Assembly: GCF_001447785.1 (NCBI RefSeq) | Contig: NW_015165268.1 | Coordinates: 532,688-596,687, forward strand | DNA length: 64,000 bases | From: Gekko japonicus | Lineage: Eukaryota | Direction of reading: 5' to 3' | Shown: piece by piece, positions 24,402 through 36,772 of the stretch | Layout of the letters: every line of letters begins with the position of its first letter | How positions within the stretch are numbered: the first letter of the stretch is position 1 | Notes under the pieces: model-generated | What the model saw: only the letters and a program-made list of their open reading frames with translations | What the model was told of the DNA's origin: nothing | Databases searched by the model: none | Position numbers and translations under genes: made by a program

Positions 24402-24600
24402 ACACTGAACGACTACTGATGTGGACCTACAGATGATACTAGAGTATCACAAAGTAAGTTTCCTTAATGTCTGTTCATATGGTCTCACTCTGAGTTAAGA
24501 ACTCATTTTAGTTCCCTTTCCCTCAATGGAATTTCAATTAAGCCACACCTTTTAAGACTACTAAACTGCTTTAAATCAATAGCACAGTGAGACTCCATTT
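24402..24600 (+). repeat. 199-bp direct repeat, copy 1
   Basis: Identical to 25405-25603 except one c/t difference. Confidence 0.97.
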
Positions 24601-25404
24601 ATTCCCGAATACTGTTTCAACCTTTATTTAGCTTCATGAGTCATTACATAGGTTTGGTGCAGCGTCTCCCGTTGAAAATGTACAACTATTGATTTCTGTG
24701 TTTTTATCTAGCTAAGGATTCTCTTCAAGTGTCAAGAGAACTAAAAACATGCCAAATGTTTTTTTCTTCCTTCATTTTTATTTTTGATGTGATATATGTG
24801 CTTCTTTGGATAGATTACTTTATATTCAATTCTTTAATACAATTGAAGACAGGATGCATTAATCATACCCATCCAACCCATAGCTCCGTGGTTATAGCTT
24901 TGAGGTTTCAGAGCAGTAAGCAGCAGCCATTATCTTTAATGTCCAAACAGATTTATTCAACTGGCTAGTGAAAAGTTACAGTCATTAAGCTTGTTTTCTT
25001 TGGAATCAAAAGCTAATCCTGTTAGCTATTATGTCTCCATAGAGGACTGGAGCAACATAAATACTCAATATGCAAGAGTATTTCAGTATTTCTCTCAACC
25101 TGTTTTGGTATCCTTTAGGTTTGCTCTTCCAAATAAACTTGCCCATGGAAGTGGCCAAGTTTTGAAGGATCCACTGATTTTAATGAAACTCAGGAGGACT
25201 TAACATTGTCCAAATGTCCCTCATAGTACCCAAATTAAGATTATCATATACAGCTTGTGTTTTCAAAGGCCTTGTGACTACCACTACAACTTTAATTTTG
25301 TGAGGGTGAAAAATGCATGTGCTTTAAACAAACATTCCAATGTTCAGAATCAAACCAAATGTATGAATTGTCTGAAACTGAGTTTTTGATCACCACTTTG
25401 GATG

Positions 25405-25603
25405 ACACTGAATGACTACTGATGTGGACCTACAGATGATACTAGAGTATCACAAAGTAAGTTTCCTTAATGTCTGTTCATATGGTCTCACTCTGAGTTA
25501 AGAACTCATTTTAGTTCCCTTTCCCTCAATGGAATTTCAATTAAGCCACACCTTTTAAGACTACTAAACTGCTTTAAATCAATAGCACAGTGAGACTCCA
25601 TTT
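25405..25603 (+). repeat. 199-bp direct repeat, copy 2
   Basis: Offset 1003 bp from copy 1. Flanked by gatg on both sides. Confidence 0.97.
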
Positions 25604-26157
25604 GATGGGATCTGTTATCATTGTTGCTTGCATTGTCTTTAAAGTTTGGTATTCCTAGTCTATTTATATTATTCATTGGATGTCATGCTGTACAGTTTCA
25701 TGTCTTTCTTTCTTTAATCTGTAATTCTCCTTGAGTCTCAGGTGGGCTATAAATAAGCTAAACAAACAAGCAAAAACTTCTCATATTTAGTGATCTCTTT
25801 TCATATTTAGAACTATGATGATATAGACTTTTGAAATTATACAGCAATGATCCAAACCAAGAAGTTGCCAAAGACAGACCTAGTATCCAAAGTGAACTGA
25901 TCATGGCTCCATCAGATGCAATGGGAACTGGCGTAGCGGTACAACCTGAATGGTAGACACACAGGCTAGTCCAGTGCTGTTGACCCTTCCTCTGTGTCTA
26001 TTATTCAAATAGGCTGTTCCTTTATGCCCATATATCTTTATCAATTGATTCAATGTGTTATTAAAAATAAAAATAATGAAAAAGGAAGATGGTAAAAGTA
26101 GACAACTGTTCTGGGAGGCTGAGGGGAGTTTATAATATTACAGATACTAGGCCATTT

Positions 26158-26360
26158 GTCCCCCTCATGGATCACTGCCTTGTCGTGGCGAGGGGGCTTG
26201 CGTAGTTCAATGAAGCTGTGGGCTATGCCGTGTAGGGCCACCCAAGACGGACAGGCCACAGCAGAGAACTCAGACCAAGCGTGATCCTCCAGGAGAAGGA
26301 AATGGCAACCCACTCCAGTACTTTTGCCAAGAAAACCCCATGGAAAGTACCAAAAGGCTA
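26158..26360 (+). mobile_element. RTE-BovB 5' end fragment
   Basis: atggatcactgccttgtcgtggcgagggggcttg...gggccacccaagacggac...ggagaaggaaatggcaacccactccagta...gaaaaccccatgga is the characteristic BovB 5' sequence. Confidence 0.88.
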
Positions 26361-26582
26361 AAACAATCCTACCTCTGCTGGAAATGCACAAAACCATTTC
26401 TGAGTTTTGGAGTTTGCCTCCAGAGAAGAAAGATAAATTTGGACTGAATGCAGTGAAATAATTAACAAATTAACTTTTGGGCGACACTACCCAAATTCTG
26501 GAATTGCCCACAAAAAAAGTATCCCCCCATCATTCCTTAAATTCTAGTGTAATGTAAAGATAACGTCTTGCTCCACAAAATG

Positions 26583-26756
26583 GCCTGTATCCTACCAGTT
26601 CACTCAGCAAAGTCTGAAGGCTTCCTACAGCCTAAGTGATCTTCCCCCAATGGAAGTGGCTCTTCTGCCAGAGGAAGAACCAGTGAAGTCAGAGGAAGAT
26701 TCCTTAGGCTGGAGAAAGGCTTCAGGCTTTGTTGAGTGGACTGGTAGGAGACAGGC
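26583..26756. mobile_element. Palindromic MITE
   Basis: Arms of about 50 bp: gcctgtatcctaccagttcactcagcaaagtctgaagg / cttcaggctttgttgagtggactggtaggagacaggc. Confidence 0.75.
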
Positions 26757-27147
26757 TAATATCTAGGAATGAACAAACTATGTCAAGCTATTTGTTTCCC
26801 ATTGTTTTTTGTCAAAATTACATCAAGCTATTTGTTTGAGCCGTTGTTGGTTGTATTGCAATTTTTGTCTGATTTCATTAGCTTACTATTTTGGTGTATT
26901 TTTGCATTCACACTGTGTTAGCTGCCTTGAGAGTCAGTGAAAAGAAAAACAGGATGTTAAAGCCTTAAACAAATAACTTCTGTATTATCTATATTGATGC
27001 AAATCAGTTAGACAACTGTGCCATGTATTATCTATATTGATGCCAGCACTTCCATCCAGAGACAGATACATCCCAAAGAAAGTCACCGTCCACATGAAAT
27101 GTTACAGAATATTAGCTGTACCTTCCATCGAGCTGTGAATAGCTTAC

Positions 27148-27347
27148 CTTCTCATCATTACAGCGGAGAGCGATTAAAAAACCCATCCAGTGAGCAAGCT
27201 TGTCTCCTTTAAAAGCGAAAAGTTCATCAAACTCGGGAAACTACTGGGAGCTTATAATTAAAGTCAATGAAGAATTTAGAAGGTGTCGAGGAAAGTAGAG
27301 AGCAGGGACTGAATACAAATCCAAAGCACAGTATCTTGGCAGTGGCC
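27148..27347 (-). other. Candidate non-coding exon (200 nt)
   Basis: Acceptor ccttaatcttctcgttcctgcag|G and donor AAG|gtaagc. Stops in all three frames. Non-repetitive with CpGs retained. Confidence 0.4.
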
Positions 27348-29417
27348 CTGCAGGAACGAGAAGATTAAGGCATCGATTCCGTGAAGAGCCTAAGCATGCA
27401 TTTAGCTCAAATATGTAAGTCTGTCTCTATTTAGCAGGGCACTTAGGCATGTGTTTAACTTCAGTAGAGGATATTCAGGTGCTTAATACTAATTGTGTGC
27501 TTAAGTGTGCCACTCAATGAGGGCCTGTAATGCTAACAACTAGTGGAATTGATCTTACTGCTCAAGACTTAGCACAACTTTGGACATCACAGATAAGCTC
27601 TTCAAGCCATCTACACAGGCTCTTCCACAGTTGGCTGATGGTGGCTTTGTGAGGTCTGAAAGGATTCATGAGAAGGAAAAGAGAGCTGTTAGTGAGAGCA
27701 CTGAATTCCTTGCATCTTTGGCCCTTTCTGCACTGACACTTAAGAATCTGAGCAGTCACACCTGAAAGCTTGACTGCAAATTTGTGTGGGTGCCCTCTGC
27801 ATCATTTCCCCCTGCCAGTTCATTTACTGTGCATTCCGTTTAAGTATTATGCATGCATATCCAAAACCCACTCCCCGCCCTTAATTGAGGTGGCACGTTG
27901 TGACATGTGGGGGGTGGTGTCCAAAGGGGGTTTTTTATATAAAAAATATAGAATTCTCCTACTGCAACTGTGCTATACTGTCCAGCAAGCAAGGTGTGCC
28001 CACACACATTTGGGTCACCCCAGGTTCAAGCAGGTCCAGTGCTAAGGCAGCTGCTGCTGGAGCCCCAGGGCACAAGCAGTGATAGGAGCCTGTGTAGTGA
28101 AATTACAGAAGACCATTGTGACCCTGAGGAGTCAGGTGGTGTGCCACAATTTCTTCATTCATGCCTGAGTTGCCTTGCACATCTGAAGTTTTACAAATCC
28201 AGACACTTGTCACTGCTTTGCATATGGCTCTAGTTGATGTTCTGAACTAGGTCTGGAAGTATATCATTTATAACTTATGCACCTGGTACTGGGTAAAAGG
28301 AGTAGTGGGAACATGGCACAATTATCTGCATTGGACTCCTGCCACATGCCTCAGTTAATCAGTTGGCCTTGTGAACATCTGAGGTGTACTACTCCTGTCA
28401 AGATCAATTATGCATTATTACAAGCACTGGTGAAAGGAATGACTCTTAAGATTGTATATAAACGCTCTGGAGTGGCCCTGAGATTGGAACCGCTTGCACA
28501 CTGGAACCACAGAATGGTGCTGTACAGCCAGCCAGTTTCAAGGGGTCCATCTGTTGTCGTTCTCCGGGGGGTCTTGACAGTTGAAGGGACATAAACATAT
28601 TTTCTTGCATTGATTCTTCTGTAGATGAGATTAACTCCTTTAGACTGCCTAAGCTACTAAATGAAATCTGTTTCCCTTCACCATTTGCTTGTTCATTGCC
28701 TTCCTATCCCTTAGAGGAAAAGAACCATACAGTTTGCCTACCTGCTTTGGCCCTCTGTTGGGGGCAGGGCTGTAGGCAGTCAAGATTCCCTAGTCTGGAG
28801 ACTGGGGAGCTGTCCCATGGCTAAGACCACCCCAGGTGTGTACTCTTAAACCTGCACTGTAAACCTGGAGGAAGTTCCTAACCTTACCATTAAGTCCAGG
28901 AGGTGATGATGGAGCCAGGGGTTCTTCAGTCAGCACTGTGCAAGTGTACTGTTGCTGAACAAATAGCCACTGACTTGATCAGCTGACACAGAAGCAAGGG
29001 AAGTTATACAGCCACACAAATGCAAGGCTGTGGCTGAGATGACCTTGCCTCCATCATCTATTTCCTTGCAGATATGAACAGGAATTCCTCTATCCCCCAA
29101 TCCAGCTGTTCTGGAGCAATGTTTGGAGGCTCTGGCCAGAGAACTGCTTGACTGGCTGCCACTGCTAACCAACTATTATCACATTATTGCACATCAATAA
29201 GCCCATATTTCCCCTGAGTGTGAACATCATTCTCTTTTTCTTTCTGTATATACTAGACTGACTGGGAGAAGGCCCCATAAATTCTGAGGTCTGCTTAGGA
29301 TTCTTCATTAAATGTCCAAGGAAATGCATGCAGATCCTGGGGTCAGCTGTTTAGAAATGGGAATCTGGCAATGACATCATTTGGTATCACAATTAGGTCC
29401 TTCCTTCTTATGTACAT

Positions 29418-29620
29418 AGATCATGTCAACTCACAGCTGGTGCGTGGTGACCCCCACAAGAGGCTTTTAAGGCAAGCAAGAAGCAGAGGTGTTTTTATTA
29501 TTTACCATTTTTACTATTGCCTTCCTCTGCAAAGTCTTCCTTGGTGGTCTCCTATTCAAGTACCAACCTTGCTTAGCTTTCAAGATTTGATGAGATCAGG
29601 CTATACCATGCTGCCTTCCC
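29418..29620 (-). mobile_element. 5S rRNA-derived SINE (SINE3-type) with RTE-like tail
   Basis: Minus strand gcctgatctcatcaaatcttgaaagctaagcaaggttggtacttgaataggagaccacc aligns to vertebrate 5S rRNA. Confidence 0.78.
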
Positions 29621-29837
29621 TCCCCCTTCCTTCTTAATTTGTAGTAAGCCTACTGTTCTTTAATCCAATAGATGGTGCCATTTACTTATTCCCTGCTTTG
29701 GGGGCATATTTAGCCTCAGTGGCAAATTTTGAGAAACTAGATACCAATCTAATCCAGTTTTCTACCCCTCTGCCGTCTCCCCAAGGCTTGGCTAATAGAA
29801 ATTGTGGTTGATCATTTGAACCTGTAGCACTGTGTTT

Positions 29838-30106
29838 TGTTGTTGTTCAGTCGCACAGTCGAGTCCGACTCTTCGCGACCCCATGGACCATCTCCTGCCA
29901 GGCCCTCCTGTCTTCCGTAGTCCTCCGAAGTTGGCTCAATTTCATGTTCGTTGCATCGATGACACTGTCTAACCATCTCATCCTTTGCCGTCCCCGTCTT
30001 CTTTGACCTTCAATCTTTCCCAGCATCAGGGTCTTCTCCAGTGAGTGCTCCCTTCTCATTTGGTGGCCAAAGTATTTGAGCTTCAGTTTCATTTTCTGGC
30101 CTTCCA
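29838..30106 (-). mobile_element. RTE-BovB 3' fragment
   Basis: LKLKYFGHQMRREHSLEKTLMLGKIEGQRRRGRQRMRWLD...VHGVAKSRTRL with a (caa)n tail. Confidence 0.96.
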
Positions 30107-30144
30107 CAGATCCAAATTGGAGGGGATAATCATAGCTGTTGTTA

Positions 30145-30384
30145 AGAAGAAGAGTTGCTCTTTACTACCCAAAGGAATCTCAAGGTGACTTACAATTGCC
30201 TTCCCTTCTCCTCACAACAGGCACCCTGTGAGGTAGGTGGGGCTGAGAGAGATCTGAGAGAACTGTGCTTGACCCAAGGTCACCCAACTGGCTTTGTGTG
30301 GAGGAGTGTGGAGGAGTAGGGAATCAAACCTGTTTCTCCAGTTTAGAGCCCACTGCTCCTTAGCACTACACTAAGCTGGCTCTC
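30145..30384 (-). mobile_element. Squam3-like SINE
   Basis: cacaacaggcaccctgtgaggtaggtggggctgagagag...cccaaggtcaccca...ggaatcaaacc. Confidence 0.75.
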
Positions 30385-31059
30385 TTAAGCAACACATAAT
30401 ACATTTGAGACACATTTTGCAGTCTTCCATTGTCTCATCTAGACTGACCCTCAAAGAGACCAAATTAAAACAGTGCAGTCTGTTATGGAATTGATAAGGA
30501 GTTGGCCATCAGTCATTCATATAAAATGTTATAGGATATTGAAGTGGAGTGTCAGGATTGCTCAGGAACAGAGTTGAGGGTCCCAGGGAAGAGGAGGTCA
30601 CCACAGAACAGATCTAAACTGTAATGTACAGCACGATAGAGTGAGCTCTAAACTACTTCCTTCTGATCACTTATGACTTATGATACATGCATGAGATACA
30701 AACCTTCTGACATTTTAATCAGCTTACTGACCCAATAAGCATGATCTTCTTACTGCTCTATACCACCTCTCATGTTTTGGGAGCAGCATGACTATAACAA
30801 TCCATGGACCTTTTTGCACCTCAGCTTCTGAGCGCATCTCAATCTTCTGTTCTGCATTCCCTCCCGCTTTCACTGCCGCTTTGTGTCAGAGCTTCTTCTT
30901 GGTTCTACCTTTATTTTAGGGGGATCAGTACTCAGACTGCTTCCAGCACACTGTTGCCCCTCATTTCCCAAAACTGCTTTTGCCATGAACCTTTTTTCTG
31001 TTCCATTTTGAAATCAATACTACTATTTTAAAAGTAGAATTGTTTGCCCCCCAAGCTTT

Positions 31060-31720
31060 AATAACGAGGCAGACACAAATGATGGGTTTAACTATTGGGC
31101 CACTTTATTAAATAACAACTTTAACTGAAACCATTGGCAAGGGCAACACAGTTTTTTGCAGTATGGTTAAGGCCAGGGGTCCAGGACCCCTCCCTTACCT
31201 CATGAAATAGGGCGAGCAACCCTGCCCCAAGTGGGAGCCATCAGCAGTGGCTCCCACCCAGCCAGCTAGCCATTGCAGGACAACCCCGTAGACCCAACCC
31301 CCGAGCCGCTAGGCTCAAAGAGATGACTCAATCGGGGCGGTCCTGAAGGCAGTCTGTTTTCCCCGCCCCGTGCTGCAGGGCACAAAAACTGTACTCACAG
31401 GACCCCTTCAACCCCAAATAATGGGTATCAGCTGGTGCTCACCGTACCGAAAACTGAATTCCGCCTAGAACCCTGCCTAAGAAAAGTGACCATCCTAACT
31501 AACACAGCTCACCTGTAAACACCTGCTCCACTGCTGCAGTGCAAGGTAGGCGAAAACACCCCTTCCATAGGCCAATCAGGAAGAGGCAAAAAATTCCTAC
31601 CTGGCCCCCAAAACCAGGCGACCAGCCAAAGCCTGCATTATCAACAGGGCGGAAGGGTGGGCCGAGAACCTAGCGGGGACTGCTCAGCCCCACCCACCCC
31701 CAAGTACGTGGATTAGGTGC
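31060..31720 (-). mobile_element. Probable DIRS/Ngaro-like terminal repeat or non-autonomous LTR-like element
   Basis: GC-rich insert. Minus strand ends aataaagtggcccaatagttaaaacccatcatttgtgtctgcctcgttatta. Family assigned by resemblance only. Confidence 0.4.
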
Positions 31721-33619
31721 TTTTTGGTGCCAGAAATTGCCCGCCTCATCCAGCAGGGAGGCAAAGGCACCTCCCACAGCCCAATGGCCGTAAGATTTCC
31801 TCCCACCAGCCAGGGCTCTGTGAAAAGGAACAGAGAACACAGGGCATTGAAGGGAAGGGAGAAGTATCATGCTGGTGCCTTGGGTACTCCTTCTCCAAAG
31901 GATAAGAGCAATCAGGGCTTAAAACACACTTTCTTCCATGAGTATGCAGAAAGCATAATCCGCAGAGACTTGAGTTTCCAACACAAAGTGCTGAAGGATA
32001 ATTACATGTGCAGAATGAAAGGAAATGATTCGAATCAAGGGCATATCGCCTCGAGTTCTGGGGAAATCAAGAGTAAAGACTAAATGCAGAAGGGCCCTAT
32101 GTTTCTAGATAAATTCATTTTTTTTAGAACAGTGCATTTCCAGTTTCATTTGTATCAAAGTTGTTGCTAACTTTCTACCTGTCTGATATAGCATCCCCTT
32201 TGACTCTTTTTCCTAGTTGTTTGCTTTCTTATCGATTTTACCCTCTCTTTTATTTGTTCAAAGCAATGGCTTGTGCTAAGTACAATGAACAAGGGAAAGT
32301 CTTTATTTATCCCTGGAACAACGTACACTTTAAAAAAAACAAACCCTTTCTGTTGATTTTATCATTTTATACTCTGAACTCTAGGAGTGGTCTCTAATAA
32401 TTTCTCAGATCACCTGCTGCTGTTGAATCATACGTTCTGCTTTTCATCTTTTTACTAGATAATATTTAAGCTCCTGCTTTGGTCTGCCTGTAAAGCTTGT
32501 ACTGTCAGTACAAATTCAGAAAACATGTTGGATGTGAATATCCATTTGTTTTAATTATCTACATCACATAATCTCTTTTTGCCTTCCCCCTCAAACATGC
32601 TTAGAAGCTTCATGTTCTTTCTTGTACTATTCTGTGTTGAAGCTTGTTTGAGGTAGCATTTATTCGTATTTTAGAAATATATAGTTCTTCACATATATAT
32701 ATATAGTTCTTCACAAAAAGGATGTCTATTTTAAAGCTACTAATGGTTTGGTTAATGGGACAGGAACATTGCCTAGTAATATTTATATGACACATTAATT
32801 TTTCAAAATCATGTCAGGAACCAGATTTGTCATTACAGTGAAAATTTGTTGTCTTATTATATGGAATGTTTCTATATTATGGAATACTTGGAATTATTTA
32901 AATAGATGGGATTCATAGGCAATACCTAATTTGAATAGTATCTATTGTTCACTTTTATTAGCATCAGAGTTCACTTTTATTATAGATTCCACTTTTTATT
33001 TAATTATTAGAGTAATATGTATTACTGTATCAGACAGGCTGTGACTGAAGAGAATACTTGTGCATTATAAAGGAACCTGAGAAGATGCAAATGTAACTCT
33101 TTGCACTTTAAATACAAAGACATATTGTACCTCTCCAATGGGATCAGGTCAGTGGGAGCTGTGCCAATGTCTGTCAGATCATCATTGCACATTTATTCTT
33201 CTTCTTCCAAGGATATCAGAATATATGAGGAGGAGTTATCTTTAAAAGAGCCCTGTAGCATAGATTAGGCTAAGTGAGAGTGACTGGTTTATGGTTGAAT
33301 AGGGATTTTGACTCCTGTTCAAAGTCCAAGCCCGACACTCTCACCACTACACCACATTAATGTTTCTTATTATACCAGGATTTTACCTTCACTGTGTATG
33401 TGGTTCTTAGTTCCTATTTACTGCATCATGCCTGCTGACTAGATGCCCGATGGTTCAGTTTACATCCAGGTCACTGGTTGTGAGCAGAGAATCAATCATT
33501 TGTCAAGCTTTCAGATGTGTCTAAACTGATTTGGATGTTTCTGTTTTGCATGATTATACTGTTTTTTCAAGCAATTACAGGGGGGGGGGTAGCTTGTTTT
33601 GTTGCAGGAGACATCCTTT

Positions 33620-34104
33620 ACTATGAAGGAGCAAGAAAAGATCCTTTAGTGTAAGGATGTGCCACTGGTGACCAAGATCAAGATAATTCATACTATAGTA
33701 TTCCCCATTACTATATATGGGTATGAAAATTGGACAATGAAGAAAGCAGACAGGAAGAAAGTTGTTCCCTTTGGGATGTGGTGTTGGAGAATAGTTTTAC
33801 TCATACCATGGACCATCAAAAAGACAAATAAGTGGGTTCAAGATCAAATCACCCCTGAACTCTCTCTAGAAACAAAACCAACCAAACTGAGGTTATTGTA
33901 CTTTATTCATATCATGAGAGAACAAGACTCATTGGAAAAGAAAATAATGGTAGGAAAAGTTGAAGGCAGCAGGAAAAAGGGAAGACCCAATGTGAGATGG
34001 ACTGACTCAATCAAGGAAGCCATGGCCTTCAATTTACAAGATCTGAGCACAGCTGTTAATGACAAGATGTTTCAGAGGTCATTAATTCATAGGGTCACCA
34101 TAAG
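33620..34104 (+). mobile_element. RTE (BovB-related) ORF 3' fragment
   Basis: TKIKIIHTIVFPITIYGYENWTMKKADRKK...MWCWR...GKVEGSRKKGRPNVRWTDSIKE. Confidence 0.93.
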
Positions 34105-35094
34105 GGTGTTCTGTTGTGCTCTGTGAAGAACTAAGTTTTCTTTTTGTTTTTATTATCTGCTATCTGCTCTTTTGGACCTAATGGTTTAGATTTTGGCTTT
34201 GTTTAGTTTCAAGTCAGCTGTCTTGGCAGGCCCAAGCTTCTTTTCTTTTTGGAACATTTTTTTCTATGTCCATAGATAAGATGCTGGGGTTCTGGCTGAA
34301 CTAAGAACAGTGCTGTGGCTGTCCTCCACTGCCCAGAGAGTTTCATCTTATTTTTAGTTTTATTATCTCTGCCAGGTGTTTTGCTGGCTGGTAGCTATAT
34401 TGTTAAGAAGGGAGTTAGTTATAGGCACTTGCTGTTTTGGCTCCCTAAATTCTTCTTAAAGTAGACTTCAATTAAGGCTGACACCAATGCAAACGTCAAA
34501 GTCTCTTGCTTAGAGAGCTGGCTATAAAGCCGGAGGGGGGGGGTAAATTCTGCCTTGTACAAGAGATACTTTTCCTTTGTATTCCTCCCCTTTAAGCGAA
34601 GAGTTTAACCTTTATTTCCTCTTTTTAAGTTCTTAAGCCATAGTTTTAAAGTTTTAATTTATGTTTTTAAGGCTGAATTACTACCCCTGTGGCTAGTTAA
34701 AAAGCTGATCAATGACTTGCTGATTAATGACTTGCTAGGGTGTTGTCTCAAGCAGGCTGGGAAACTCTTGAAAGCAGTGTGGGTCAGTGATGATAGTGTA
34801 GAACTGACGCTACACCCTCAGGCTTGCTGCTGCAATAACTATTTTATAACAATTTTATAATAATTCTATAACAATTTTAACAAACAAAAAATAACATACA
34901 AGACCAACTTGGTCAAATTTGGTTCCCTCAGTTTTTGTCCTTTCCTAGTACCACCATTATTACTACACAAGTGGAGACCCGCAAGAAACATGCGGGATGG
35001 TTATCCTATTCCTCACGCCTTTGCTTCCTCCTGTCTCCCCCTACCTCTCTCAAACTCTTTCTCCCTTCTGCCCCCCCTATCTTTCTCTCTCTCC

Positions 35095-36062
35095 TCCATG
35101 TATGGTTTGGAGGGTGAAATCTATGGCATTATACTGGTCTGTAGTTTCTCTCCTCCTCAAATCCCATCCTCCCCAGGCTCCACCCCTCAAATATCCAGGA
35201 ATTTGCCAACCTGGAATTGGCAACACAATTTCCTTGCCACCCAACAGCCAACCTACCTTTATCTACCTCTCTGTCTTCAACTTTCCATCTCCACACTCCT
35301 CCCCCACAGCCTCTACCTAGGAAAGTTACAGTCTTTCTCCACAGTGGGGACCAAAGCAGCTTACATTATTCTCTCCTCCTTTTTATCTGAACAACAACCC
35401 TGTGAGGTTGGCTAGGCTGAAAGTATGTGACTGGTCCAAAATCACACAGTCAGCTTCCACTGCAAGATGGGGATCTGAACCTGGGTCTCGCAGACCCTAC
35501 TCTGAAGCTCTAACTGTTACATCACACTGGCCTTCATAGGGTGGCTGCTGATGAACCATAGCAAGCAGCTGGGCCTACTTGAATCATGCAAATCAGGTGG
35601 TATCAAGTCACCCAGAGGGTGCTGCCTAGGGATGCCAGCCTCCAGGTGGGACCTGGGGATGCCTGGAATTACTGCTCATCTCCAGACTACAGAGATAACT
35701 TCCCATGGAGAAAATGGATGTTTTGGAGGGTGGACTCTGTGACATTGTACTCCACTGAACCCCCAGTCCTCCCCGGGTTCCACCCGCAAATCTCCAGGAG
35801 TTTCCCAGCCTGGACCTGGCAACCTTATCCACAATCCTCTGTCAGTGGCCAGGGGGGGTTGCCAACGTCTAAGTGGGGCCTGGAGGACCCCCCCCCCCAG
35901 AATTACAACTGAACTCAAGACAGCAGAGATCTGTCTCCCTGGAGGAAATGGCTGCTTTTGAGGGTGGACTCTGTGGCATTATACCCAGCTGAGGCCTCCC
36001 CCTTCCCAAACCCAGCCCTCCACAAAAGCTCAAGAAATCCCCCAGCCTGGCACTGGCAACTC
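35095..36062. mobile_element. Cluster of 'tagggttgcc' family non-autonomous transposon copies plus a SINE
   Basis: Repeated ggagaaaatggctgctttggagggtggactctatggcattata...ggcaacc modules at about 35100-35225, 35626-35828 and 35855-36062. Confidence 0.8.
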
Positions 36063-36199
36063 TTGTGAGGCCTGGCCCCAAGGCTCCCTTCCTCCCTCCC
36101 TCCTTGAAAGGCCAAAAGAGGCCTGGAAAGGGCCCTTTCCCCACCCTTTGACTCACAGAGCCAGTTAGAAGCCTCCCCCCCCTGAAAGTTCTAATCTCT

Positions 36200-36741
36200 C
36201 TCTCTCACCATTGATGCCTTGAGTTAGATCCCTGAAGAGGCCATTTCAAAAGGTATTGGGGGGAATTCAGCCATCCCTGAAAGGATTTTTTTACTTCTTG
36301 GATTTTTCTGCAGACACAGGAAGTATACTGACTATGTAGGAAAAGCTGTTGGGGCAGAGTGAGCTTCCTGTTAGTGGAAATAAGTATCCGCACACGGCAC
36401 CCTCTGTTGGAAACTAGATATATAGATTATTTCATTGTTTTACTATTTTACATTAATCCTTACCTTATATTCAATCGATACTTAACTTCAGCTAAATATT
36501 ACACTTTCCTTTTAAGGCTAGGATAGGGATCAAATGTAAATACTCCCTTGAAGAAGGAATACAACACGTAACAAAACAGAGCAGGCTAGAGGATTTCTTT
36601 GGGATAGAAACAAAAAATCATTTTGAGGTTTTGGATACTTCTGAAAAGGAGTTACAAGAAGATGGTGATCAAGTGTTAGAGGAGAGCATAGGACCTAGAG
36701 AAGCAGCCAAGGGAAGAAGGGAGCTTTCATTACAATATCTC

Positions 36742-36772
<31 letters not shown>

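Noticed and set aside
24357-24453. Selenoprotein exon (in-frame TGA)
   Set aside because: No recognisable selenoprotein motif, no SECIS seen and no supported neighbouring coding exons.
29540-29615. 5S rRNA gene
   Set aside because: Partial, diverged and fused to an RTE-like tail, so it is a SINE head.
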